The notes beneath the pieces were generated by a model that saw nothing but the letters and a program-made list of their open reading frames with translations, did not search any database and had not been told where the DNA came from. Source: Alphaproteobacteria bacterium (lineage in GTDB: Bacteria > Pseudomonadota > Alphaproteobacteria > MPNO01). From it: 64,000 nt of DNA. The stretch spans positions 3,149,909 to 3,213,908 of the forward strand of contig OZ219866.1 of the NCBI GenBank assembly GCA_964291675.2, written 5' to 3'. Position numbers and translations under genes: made by a program. Positions 10,349 through 17,915 of the stretch are shown here, one piece after another. Position 1 is the stretch's first letter; each line of letters begins with the position of its first letter.

Positions 10349-12316
10349 TTACCGGCGGCCCTGCGGCTCCATGGCGGCGGCGGATTTCGCGAGCCGGACG
10401 AGGCCGACGAACTCGGCCCGGTAGCCGAACCGGTCCTTGCCCTTGGCCGCTTGAGCGGCGGCGAGGACGTCGTCATAGCCGTAGTCGCCGGTGTAGCGGC
10501 CGCCGCGCAGGATCTGCCCGAACGCGGCGACGGCGGCGGCGAAGCGGAGATCCCGCGGCGCCTCGTCCGCGTTCCCGAACGCATCGGCCGGGGTGACCTG
10601 CCGGGCCATCCTCGCGCTCTTCCCGGCGTCGGGCTTCTTGTAGCGGATGGAGACGGTGGCGAACTCGTTAACCGACCCGCCGCCCGTCCGGGCCTTCTGC
10701 CGGCCGTAGCGCAGCGGCGCGGTCAACTCGCCGCCCGAGCCCGCAAGCGCGACCTCGTAGAGCGCGGTCACCGTGTGGCCGGCGCCGATCTCGCCGGCGT
10801 CCACCTTGTCGTTGCGGAAGTCCTCGCGCGCCAGCATCCGGGTCTCGTAGCCGATCAGCCGGTATTCGGCGATGAGCGCCGGGTTGAACTCGACCTGGAT
10901 CTTGACGTCCCTGGCGATCGGGAAGAGCGTCGATCCCGCCTCCTGAACCAGCACCTTGCGCGCCTCCGACAGGCTGTCGATATAGGCCGCGTTGCCGTTG
11001 CCGCTCTGCGCAAGGCGCTGCATGAGTTCGTCGTTGTAGTTCCCCATGCCGAAGCCGAGGACTGAGAGATAGACGCCGCTGTCCCGCTTGCGCGCGATAT
11101 AGCCTTCCAGCTGCTCCGGATCGGCGATGCCGACATTGAAGTCGCCGTCGGTGGCGAGGATCACGCGGTTGATGCCGCCCTCGACGAAATGCTGCTCGGC
11201 GAGGAGATAGGCCTGGCGGATCCCCTCCGCGCCCGCCGTCGACCCGCCCGCATCGAGGCGGTCCAGCGCGGCGGCGATCTTCGCGGGCTCGGCCGCTTCG
11301 GTCGGGGGGAGCACCGTGCCCGCGGCGCCCGCATAGGTGACGATCGCCACCCTATCGTCGGCCGCCAGCGCGCCCAGCAACAGCTTGAACGAGCTCTTCA
11401 GGAGCGGCAGCTTGTCGGGCGCGTCCATCGAGCCCGAGCTGTCGATCAGGAACACCAGGTTGGCGCGCGGGCGAGACTCGCGCTCGGGAACGTAGCCCTT
11501 GATGCCGATATGCATCAGCCGCGTCGCCTCGTTCCACGGCGTCGGCATGAGCGAGGCGTGGACGGCGAACGGCGTCTCGCGGTCCTCCGGCGGCGCGTAG
11601 CCGTAGGGGAAGTAGTTGACCAGCTCTTCCGTGCGCACCGCGTTCGGCGGCGGCAACACGCCCCGGTTGAGCGAGGCGCGCATGAAGCCGTAGGACGCGG
11701 TGTCGACGTCGATCGAGAAGGTGGAGACCGGGTCCTCGGCGGCCCGCTTCACCGGGTTCGCGTCGAAGGATGAGAAACGGTCGCGGTGAGCCGAGCGGGG
11801 CGGCTCCGAGGGACGGTACATCGACAAGGCCCGTCCGGAGTCCTGCAACAGCAAGTGCTGCAGATCCTTCGACAAGGCCTCACGGGATGCCCCCTCCGTC
11901 TGAATCCGCCGCCAACGCTCCTCCATGGCCTTTCTTCCGGCGGCGGCCTGGCGCGATTCCGGCGGCGCCGGGGCCGGTTCCGATGTGCCGGGGCCCGGTC
12001 GGGCAGCGGCCATTTGCTGCTCCTCCGTGCCGGAACCGGGGAGCCAGAGTGTTCGGTATCCGACGACGCCGGCAACCACGAGACAGGCGGTCAGACCTGC
12101 AAGGGCGAGATGGGGACGGGGCATCGGGATCCTCCGCAGCCAGGACGTACCCTGTCCGGGTACACGCCCTATCTGACGGCTCCCGTGTCGAAATCCTTGG
12201 CGGTGTCGGTCGAAAGCGGCCATCGCCGCCTCCATCGTCCGCTCGCGGTCGCCCGGCGACGGGCGCGGCGGGTTGGCGTGGAGCGCCCTCTGCAACCTGT
12301 CGAAGTCGTCGTTCAC
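10349..12316 (-). CDS. anti-sigma factor fused to a periplasmic von Willebrand A domain (YfbK-like)
   Basis: GTG 12316 overlaps the sigma gene stop (GTGA). A short N-terminal region is followed by one TM (LALAGLTACLVVAGVVGY), the MIDAS motif LIDSSGSM, ..ILATDGDFNVG.., and a long C-terminal domain like YfbK-type vWA proteins. Confidence 0.8.
   Translation of the reverse strand: MNDDFDRLQRALHANPPRPSPGDRERTMEAAMAAFDRHRQGFRHGSRQIGRVPGQGTSWLRRIPMPRPHLALAGLTACLVVAGVVGYRTLWLPGSGTEEQQMAAARPGPGTSEPAPAPPESRQAAAGRKAMEERWRRIQTEGASREALSKDLQHLLLQDSGRALSMYRPSEPPRSAHRDRFSSFDANPVKRAAEDPVSTFSIDVDTASYGFMRASLNRGVLPPPNAVRTEELVNYFPYGYAPPEDRETPFAVHASLMPTPWNEATRLMHIGIKGYVPERESRPRANLVFLIDSSGSMDAPDKLPLLKSSFKLLLGALAADDRVAIVTYAGAAGTVLPPTEAAEPAKIAAALDRLDAGGSTAGAEGIRQAYLLAEQHFVEGGINRVILATDGDFNVGIADPEQLEGYIARKRDSGVYLSVLGFGMGNYNDELMQRLAQSGNGNAAYIDSLSEARKVLVQEAGSTLFPIARDVKIQVEFNPALIAEYRLIGYETRMLAREDFRNDKVDAGEIGAGHTVTALYEVALAGSGGELTAPLRYGRQKARTGGGSVNEFATVSIRYKKPDAGKSARMARQVTPADAFGNADEAPRDLRFAAAVAAFGQILRGGRYTGDYGYDDVLAAAQAAKGKDRFGYRAEFVGLVRLAKSAAAMEPQGRR
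10356..10407. repeat. direct repeat, right copy (inside the 3' end of the vWA gene)
   Basis: See 8896-8947. The two mismatches (10391, 10394) fall on third codon positions (CTC/CTG Leu, CGG/CGT Arg). Confidence 0.9.
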
Positions 12317-12876
12317 GGCGTCACCTCGCTGCCGGCCAGCATCGCGCGCAGCCGCTTGCGCGCCTCGTGCATGCGCCACGACACGGTGGATTCGGAGACG
12401 CCCAGCACCTCGGCGGCTTCCGCATGCCGCAACCCCTCCTCGATCACCAGGGTCACGGTCGTTCGCAAATCGGCGCCGAGCATCTCCAGCACCTGGCGCA
12501 GCCAGACGGCCTCGTCCTCGCGCTCGGCCTGTCCGGCCCGGGTCAGGGTGTCGATCTCGGCGAACGCCTGCTCGTTGCGCCGCCTCGCGCCGTCGCGCCG
12601 CAGGCGGTCGCGCGCGGCGTTGACCACCACCCGGTAGAGCCAGGTGGTGAACCGGCTCTCGCCCCGGTATGAGGCGAGCCGGGCGGCCAGGCCGACGCAC
12701 ACATCCTGCGCCAGGTCGGCCGCATCGTCCGCGTCGCCCAGCACCCGCGCGCCCACCCGGTATATCCGTTCGTAGTGACGCTCGATGAGCGCCGCAAAGG
12801 CGTCGCGGTCACCGGCCGCGGCTCGTCCGGCCAGCGCGCCGTCGGTCTCCCCGTTCATCTGGGCACAAGTGTCCAA
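12313..12876 (-). CDS. RNA polymerase ECF-type sigma factor
   Basis: Region 2 is ..FTTWLYRVVVNAARDRLRR.. and region 4 HTH is ..GLRHAEAAEVLGVSESTVSWRMHEARKRLR.. The start could be ATG 12858 rather than TTG 12876. Confidence 0.88.
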   Translation of the reverse strand: MDTCAQMNGETDGALAGRAAAGDRDAFAALIERHYERIYRVGARVLGDADDAADLAQDVCVGLAARLASYRGESRFTTWLYRVVVNAARDRLRRDGARRRNEQAFAEIDTLTRAGQAEREDEAVWLRQVLEMLGADLRTTVTLVIEEGLRHAEAAEVLGVSESTVSWRMHEARKRLRAMLAGSEVTP

Positions 12877-12922
12877 CGCGGTCCCACCCTATGGAGTTTG
12901 ACGCATCCCGGCGGCGAAATCC

Positions 12923-13786
12923 TTGGCCGGCTTGGCGGCGCGGTGCTACGGTCGCGTCATCCGACGGCGGGACGGGAGACGGCGCGTGCAAGTCACCCTG
13001 CTGGGCACCGGGCTGCCCTTCCCCAATCCGAAGCGGCGCGGCCCGGGCTACGCGGTGCGGGCCGGGTCGAACGGCTTCCTGGTCGATTGCGGCTCCGGCG
13101 TGGTGGTGCGGCTGGTCGAGGCGGGGGTACCGCTCGACAGCATCGAGCACGTCTTCATCACCCACCTGCATTCCGACCACTACATCGATCTCGGGCATTT
13201 CATCATCTGCCGCTGGATCCTGGGCGGCGACGCGCCGTGGCACATCTACGGGCCGCCCGGGCTTCGGCCGATGGTCGACCAGCTGCTCGAGATGCACCGC
13301 CCGGACCTCGAAAGGCGCATGAAGATCCGCACCGCGCGGCGGGAAATGCCCAATATCGTGGTGCACGAGATCGACCAGGGCCTCGCGGCCGAAATCGACG
13401 GGATCGAGGTCACCGCCTTCGATGTCGACCACTTCCCGCTGGAACAGCCCTTCGGCTACCGCTTCGAATCGAAGGACCGGCGGATCGTTCTGTCCGGCGA
13501 CACCTGCCCCTGCGAGAATCTGATCCGGCACGCGCACCGGGCGGATATCCTGATCCACGAATGCATGCAGTACGAGAAGTGGCGGGCGCCCGAGATCGAC
13601 AAGAGCCACACCGCGCACGCCCACACCTCGCCCGAACGGCTCTCGCTGGTCGCCCGGGACGCCGAGGTGAACATGCTGGTCACCACCCACATGATGCCCG
13701 ACGCGGTGCCCCGCGAGCTCAGCGAGATCATCCGCCGCGACTACCGGGGACCGCTCGCCATCGGCGAGGATCTGATGACGCTGTAG
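12923..13786 (+). CDS. MBL-fold metallo-hydrolase
   Basis: The HxHxDH motif ITHLHSDHYIDLGH is present. The N-terminus ..VTLLGTGLPFPN.. suggests the true start may be GTG 12986. Confidence 0.8.
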   Translation: MAGLAARCYGRVIRRRDGRRRVQVTLLGTGLPFPNPKRRGPGYAVRAGSNGFLVDCGSGVVVRLVEAGVPLDSIEHVFITHLHSDHYIDLGHFIICRWILGGDAPWHIYGPPGLRPMVDQLLEMHRPDLERRMKIRTARREMPNIVVHEIDQGLAAEIDGIEVTAFDVDHFPLEQPFGYRFESKDRRIVLSGDTCPCENLIRHAHRADILIHECMQYEKWRAPEIDKSHTAHAHTSPERLSLVARDAEVNMLVTTHMMPDAVPRELSEIIRRDYRGPLAIGEDLMTL

Positions 13787-13804
13787 GGGAACCTCGCCTA
13801 CAGC
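13780..13804. terminator. hairpin shared by two convergent genes (8-bp stem GCTGTAGG/CCTACAGC, 9-nt loop)
   Basis: The left arm contains the TAG stop of the MBL gene (13784-13786). The right arm contains the CTA (TAG on the minus strand) stop of the amidohydrolase gene (13798-13800). There is no U-tract. Confidence 0.3.
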
Positions 13805-14640
13805 CCGAGGACGGTCTCGGCGTTGCCGTGGAAGAATTTTTCTAGGAACGCGTCGCTGTAGCCGACCTTGCCCCATTCCTCGAACAGCCGCCCGTAGGGC
13901 ATCGAGGGGTAGTCGCTGCCGAACATCACCTTGTCCTTCAGGCGCGAGCGCATGTCGCGCAGCAGCGACTCGGGGATGTATTTGGGCGCCCAGCCGGACA
14001 TCTCCCAGAACACGTTGCCCTTGTGCAGCGCGACCGCCGTCATCTCCTCGATCCACGGCCAGCCGGGATGGGCGGCGACGATGGTGAGCGCCGGGAAATC
14101 CGCGGCGAGGTCGTCGATCGCCGACGGGTGGGCGTGGCGGATCCGGGCGCCGAGACCGCCCGGCATGCCGGCCCCCATGCCGGTGGTGCCGACATCGATC
14201 ATCACCGGCACGCCGAGCGCCGCGATCGCTTCCCATAGCGGGTAGAAGCGGCGCTCGTTGACCGCGAAGTGGCCCATGATGGGGTGGAAGTGGAAGCCCA
14301 GCAGGCCGAGATCGTTGACGGCGTGCTCGGCTTCCGCGATGGCGGCCTCGCCCTTCAGCGGGTCCACCGCCCCCCAGGCCTGGATGATGCGCTCGGGGTG
14401 GCGCTTCCACATGCCGGCGACGTAGTCGTTCGAGCACGGCGGCGTGCCCACCGTGGCTTCGAGGTCGAGCGCCACCAGCACCGCCTCCACCCCCGCCTCG
14501 GCGAAATCCCGGACCACCTCGTCCTCTTCTTTGGCCGACCACTCGCGCTTCCAGTACTCGGCGAGCGCCTTCACATAGGGCCCCTGGCAGTCGATCCAGG
14601 GCTGGGTGTTGGGATAGCAGTGCAGGTCGACAATGCGCAT
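13798..14640 (-). CDS. amidohydrolase-2 family protein (ACMSD-type metal-dependent hydrolase/decarboxylase fold)
   Basis: 280 aa beginning MRIVDLHCYP.. with ..VMIDVGT..HPGWPW.. Family-level recognition only. Its start is 2 nt downstream of the adenylase stop. Confidence 0.6.
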   Translation of the reverse strand: MRIVDLHCYPNTQPWIDCQGPYVKALAEYWKREWSAKEEDEVVRDFAEAGVEAVLVALDLEATVGTPPCSNDYVAGMWKRHPERIIQAWGAVDPLKGEAAIAEAEHAVNDLGLLGFHFHPIMGHFAVNERRFYPLWEAIAALGVPVMIDVGTTGMGAGMPGGLGARIRHAHPSAIDDLAADFPALTIVAAHPGWPWIEEMTAVALHKGNVFWEMSGWAPKYIPESLLRDMRSRLKDKVMFGSDYPSMPYGRLFEEWGKVGYSDAFLEKFFHGNAETVLGL

Positions 14641-14642
14641 GG

Positions 14643-16292
14643 CTAGCTGTTCGCCTCATCGGCGAGCTTGGCGGAGATCGTCTCCACTAGCGCCTTCTTC
14701 GAGACCTTGCCGAAGGCGGAGACCGGGAAGCTGTCGACGATCTCGATGCGCTCCGGCAGCTTGAAGCGCGCGATCTCCTTCTGCTCGAGGAAGCCAACCA
14801 GCTCGGCCAGCTCGATGTTGCGGCCGGGATGGAGGACGAGGTAGGCGCACATGCGCTCGCCGAGGCGCGCATCCGGCATCGGCACGCAGGCCACGTTGCG
14901 CACCGCGGGGTGCATGAGGATCAGGTTCTCGATCTCCTCGGCCGAGATCTTCTCCCCGCCGCGGTTGATCAGGTCCTTGATCCGCCCCTCGACGATGTAG
15001 TTGCCCGAAGAGTGCTGGCGCAGCAGGTCGCCCGAGCGGTAGAAGCCGTCATTGGTGAAGGCGCGCGCGTTGTGCTCGTCGGCCGCGAAATAGCCGCGCA
15101 GGGTATAGGGGCCGCGCACGCAGAACTCGCCCACCTCGCCGAACGGCACCAACTGGTCCTCTTCGTCGAGCAGCATGACCTCGTCGTCCGGGCACATCGG
15201 CTGTCCGACGGTCTCAAGCTGGGCGTCCTCGCTGTCGGTCCGCTTGACGAACATCAGCGTGCCCTCGGCCATGCCGAAATTCTCCTGCACGAAGGCGTTG
15301 GGATAGACCTCCCGCATCCGGCGCTTGACCTCGGGCTGGAGCCGCTGGCCGCCGCTGCCGATCATCCGCACCGACGACAGATCGTAATCGGCCGCCGCCG
15401 GATCGTTGATCCAGCCGATATGGAGCGCCGGCACGCCGATCACATGGGTCACGCGGTGCTTCTCGATCATCGCGAAGGCATCCGGCGCGCGGGCGCTGGT
15501 CGACAGCACCACGGCGGCGCCGTTGAGCAGATAGCCCTGCAAGCCGGGGCAGGCGAGCGGCAGGTTGTGCGCGATCGGCAGCACGATGAAGAGCCGCGAA
15601 TCGGGCGTCACCTCGGTCTCCCGCGCCGCCTGTTTCGAGTTGTAGGCGTAGTCGTTATGGGTGCGCGGGATCAGCTTGGGGATGCCGGTGGTCCCGCCGG
15701 AGAGCTGGAACACCGCGGGATCGGCGGGGTCGATCTCGATCGCGGCCAGCGCGTCCGCGCCGAGCGGCGACGGCCGTTCGATCAGCTCGCGCAGCGACAC
15801 CGAATCGCCCGTCGCCTCGCCCATGACGACGAGATGTTTCAGGCGGCCGTTCTCCGCCCGCACCCGCGCCGCCATGTCGCGGTAGTCGAAGCCGCGGATC
15901 GTGTCGGGAATGACGCAGGCGGTCGCGCCCGACAGCGCCACGAACTGGCCGATCTCGGCGAAGCGATGGGTGACCAGCGCCGCGATGGGGATGCAGCCGG
16001 CCTTCTGCAGCGCGACGTAGAGGACCGCGAACTCCTTCACGTTGGGGAGCTGGATCACCACCCGGTCGAGCGGTCTCAGCCCGAGCGCCACCAGGTTGAG
16101 CGCCAGATTGGTCGACATCCGGTCGAGCTCGCCATAGCTCAGCTCGCCGGTCTCGTCGATCACCGCGACCCGGTCGGCGAATTTCTTCAGGCAGGGCTGC
16201 AGCTCGTCGCGCAGCGCGCGGTCCTCCCAGTAGCCCTTGTCGCGGTAGAGCTTCTGAAACTCGGCGGGGTAGGGGACGACGCCTTGCAGCAT
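14643..16292 (-). CDS. aryl-acid adenylating enzyme, (2,3-dihydroxybenzoate/salicylate)-AMP ligase family (DhbE/EntE-like)
   Basis: 549 aa, collinear with DhbE as I recall it: ..FQLSGGTTGIPKLIPRTHNDY.., ..AHNLPLACPG.., ..FGMAEG.., ..YRSGDL.., ..GRIKDLINRGGEKISAEEIE.., ..GKVSKKAL.. Confidence 0.85.
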   Translation of the reverse strand: MLQGVVPYPAEFQKLYRDKGYWEDRALRDELQPCLKKFADRVAVIDETGELSYGELDRMSTNLALNLVALGLRPLDRVVIQLPNVKEFAVLYVALQKAGCIPIAALVTHRFAEIGQFVALSGATACVIPDTIRGFDYRDMAARVRAENGRLKHLVVMGEATGDSVSLRELIERPSPLGADALAAIEIDPADPAVFQLSGGTTGIPKLIPRTHNDYAYNSKQAARETEVTPDSRLFIVLPIAHNLPLACPGLQGYLLNGAAVVLSTSARAPDAFAMIEKHRVTHVIGVPALHIGWINDPAAADYDLSSVRMIGSGGQRLQPEVKRRMREVYPNAFVQENFGMAEGTLMFVKRTDSEDAQLETVGQPMCPDDEVMLLDEEDQLVPFGEVGEFCVRGPYTLRGYFAADEHNARAFTNDGFYRSGDLLRQHSSGNYIVEGRIKDLINRGGEKISAEEIENLILMHPAVRNVACVPMPDARLGERMCAYLVLHPGRNIELAELVGFLEQKEIARFKLPERIEIVDSFPVSAFGKVSKKALVETISAKLADEANS

Positions 16293-16310
16293 GGCGGGCT
16301 CCGGGGCGGA

Positions 16311-17075
16311 TCAGGTGACGGCGGCAAACCCGCCGTCGATGACGACGATGTGGCCGGTGACGAATTTGTTGCTCACGACGAGGCTGAGCACGGTCTCGGC
16401 CACGTCCTCGGCGGTGGCGACGCGCTTGAGCGGCGTGTAGCGCGCGCGCCTCGCCATCAGCCCCTCGTAGTTCTCCGCCAGGGTGCGCTCCATCCACTCG
16501 CCTTCCATCCAGCCCGGCGCGACCGCGTTGACCCGGATCTCCGGGCCGAGCGCGCCCGCCAGCGTCCGGGTCAGGTTGGCGACGGCGGCCTTGCTGGCGG
16601 CGTAGGGCAAGGGCTGCGGGCCGGGCCGCAGCCCGGCGATGGAACAGGTGTTGACGATGCAGGGCTCGGCGGATTTGCGCAGCAGCGGCACTGCGGCGCG
16701 GGTGACCTGGAACAGCCCGCGCACGTTGACCGCGAAGACCCGGTCCCAGGCATCGAGATCGACCGCGTCCATGTCCTTCGGTCCGGTCTCGATGGTGGTG
16801 CCGGCGTTGTTGACCAGCACGTCGAGGCGGCCGAAGGCGTCCTCGCAGGCGGCCAGCATCGCCTTGACCGCGCCGTCATCGGCGACGTCGCACCGGACGG
16901 CGAAGGATTCCGCACCCGCCGCCGCGCAGGCCGCCGCCGTCTCCTCCGCGCGCGCCCGGGAGGAGCCGTAATTGACCGCGACGTCATGGCCCGCGCGGGC
17001 GAGCGCGATCGCCGTCGCCGCGCCGATGCCGCTCGACGCGCCCGTGACCAGTGCCGTGCGCCGCTCTTCACTCAT
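16311..17075 (-). CDS. SDR-family oxidoreductase
   Basis: ATG 17075 gives MSEERRTALVTGASSGIGAA.. (TGxxxGxG), with ..NNAG.. and ..YAASKAAV.. catalytic motifs. Confidence 0.88.
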   Translation of the reverse strand: MSEERRTALVTGASSGIGAATAIALARAGHDVAVNYGSSRARAEETAAACAAAGAESFAVRCDVADDGAVKAMLAACEDAFGRLDVLVNNAGTTIETGPKDMDAVDLDAWDRVFAVNVRGLFQVTRAAVPLLRKSAEPCIVNTCSIAGLRPGPQPLPYAASKAAVANLTRTLAGALGPEIRVNAVAPGWMEGEWMERTLAENYEGLMARRARYTPLKRVATAEDVAETVLSLVVSNKFVTGHIVVIDGGFAAVT

Positions 17076-17156
17076 CCAGGGTTTCCGTATTTGGGCAGCA
17101 GGGTTGAAGCCGAAGGGGCCGATCCCCGTCAAGTCTTCCCATTGGAGGGCTGGCGT

Positions 17157-17915
17157 TCAACCCCGGCGCCGGCCGTCGCGGTCCCGCCTCCGCTTGCCGC
17201 TCAACGCTTCCGCCAGCGCGCCGTAGGTCGCCGAGAGCCTGACCCCGGGGCTGTCCGGGTCGGCGGCGCAGGTCTCGCACATGTTGAGGCTGGTATAGCG
17301 GGCGGGGCGCACGCTCACCGCGGTGGCCAGCAGCATGCGCTCCTCCTCGGTTTCCGGGCGCAGCGGCTCGGGACCCTCGGCGAGGCGTTTCATCTCTTCC
17401 TCGTCGCCGCCGGCGCGGCGCGACAGCAGCTCGTAGGTCGCGCGCTCGAAGGCGGAAGCGGCCCGGTAATGCGCCTCCACGCAGCAGAGCGGGAAGCCGA
17501 GCAGCCGCGCCTCCTGCTCGATCTCCGGGCGGCCGCCGTCGGCCAGCGCCTTGAGCTCGTCGGCGATCGCGCGTCCCTTGGCGATGTAATGCGCGCGGCC
17601 CTCGTCGAGCCCCTTGCGGCCGGTCTCGACGAACCAGCCGGGAAGGTCGGAGGACGGGCGGATGGCCTCCCAGTAGGGACCCGGGACGACATAGAGCCGG
17701 TTGGAGGCGGCGACTTCCAGCACCGCCGCCCGCCAGCCGTCGTGATCGAAGCCGCGCCCGGTCACGTAGACCGGCTTGATCCCCGCCATCATGGCGACGA
17801 AGTCGATCGCTTCCTGCGCCGCGGTGGCGCGCACGTAGCCGTCGGACCAGTCGATCTGCGCGGCATACAGCTTTCTGAGCGCCGAGCGCAGCCGGGGCTT
17901 GTTGGCGAGCTTCAT
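17157..17915 (-). CDS. hypothetical protein (no family recognised)
   Basis: ATG 17915 overlaps the emrB-like stop (ATGA) and gives 252 aa, MKLANKPRLRSALRKLYAAQIDW.. It contains ..LGFPLCCVEAHY.. and ..NMCETCAADP.. Confidence 0.55.
   Translation of the reverse strand: MKLANKPRLRSALRKLYAAQIDWSDGYVRATAAQEAIDFVAMMAGIKPVYVTGRGFDHDGWRAAVLEVAASNRLYVVPGPYWEAIRPSSDLPGWFVETGRKGLDEGRAHYIAKGRAIADELKALADGGRPEIEQEARLLGFPLCCVEAHYRAASAFERATYELLSRRAGGDEEEMKRLAEGPEPLRPETEEERMLLATAVSVRPARYTSLNMCETCAADPDSPGVRLSATYGALAEALSGKRRRDRDGRRRG

Larger units (their letters stand above)
8896..10407. mobile_element. putative integrated islet (about 1.4 kb cargo, lower GC) bounded by 52-bp direct repeats; no integrase
   Basis: Direct repeats duplicate the 3' end of the vWA gene. 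The interior is visibly less GC-rich than the flanks and carries a single minus-strand membrane-protein gene. Confidence 0.45.
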
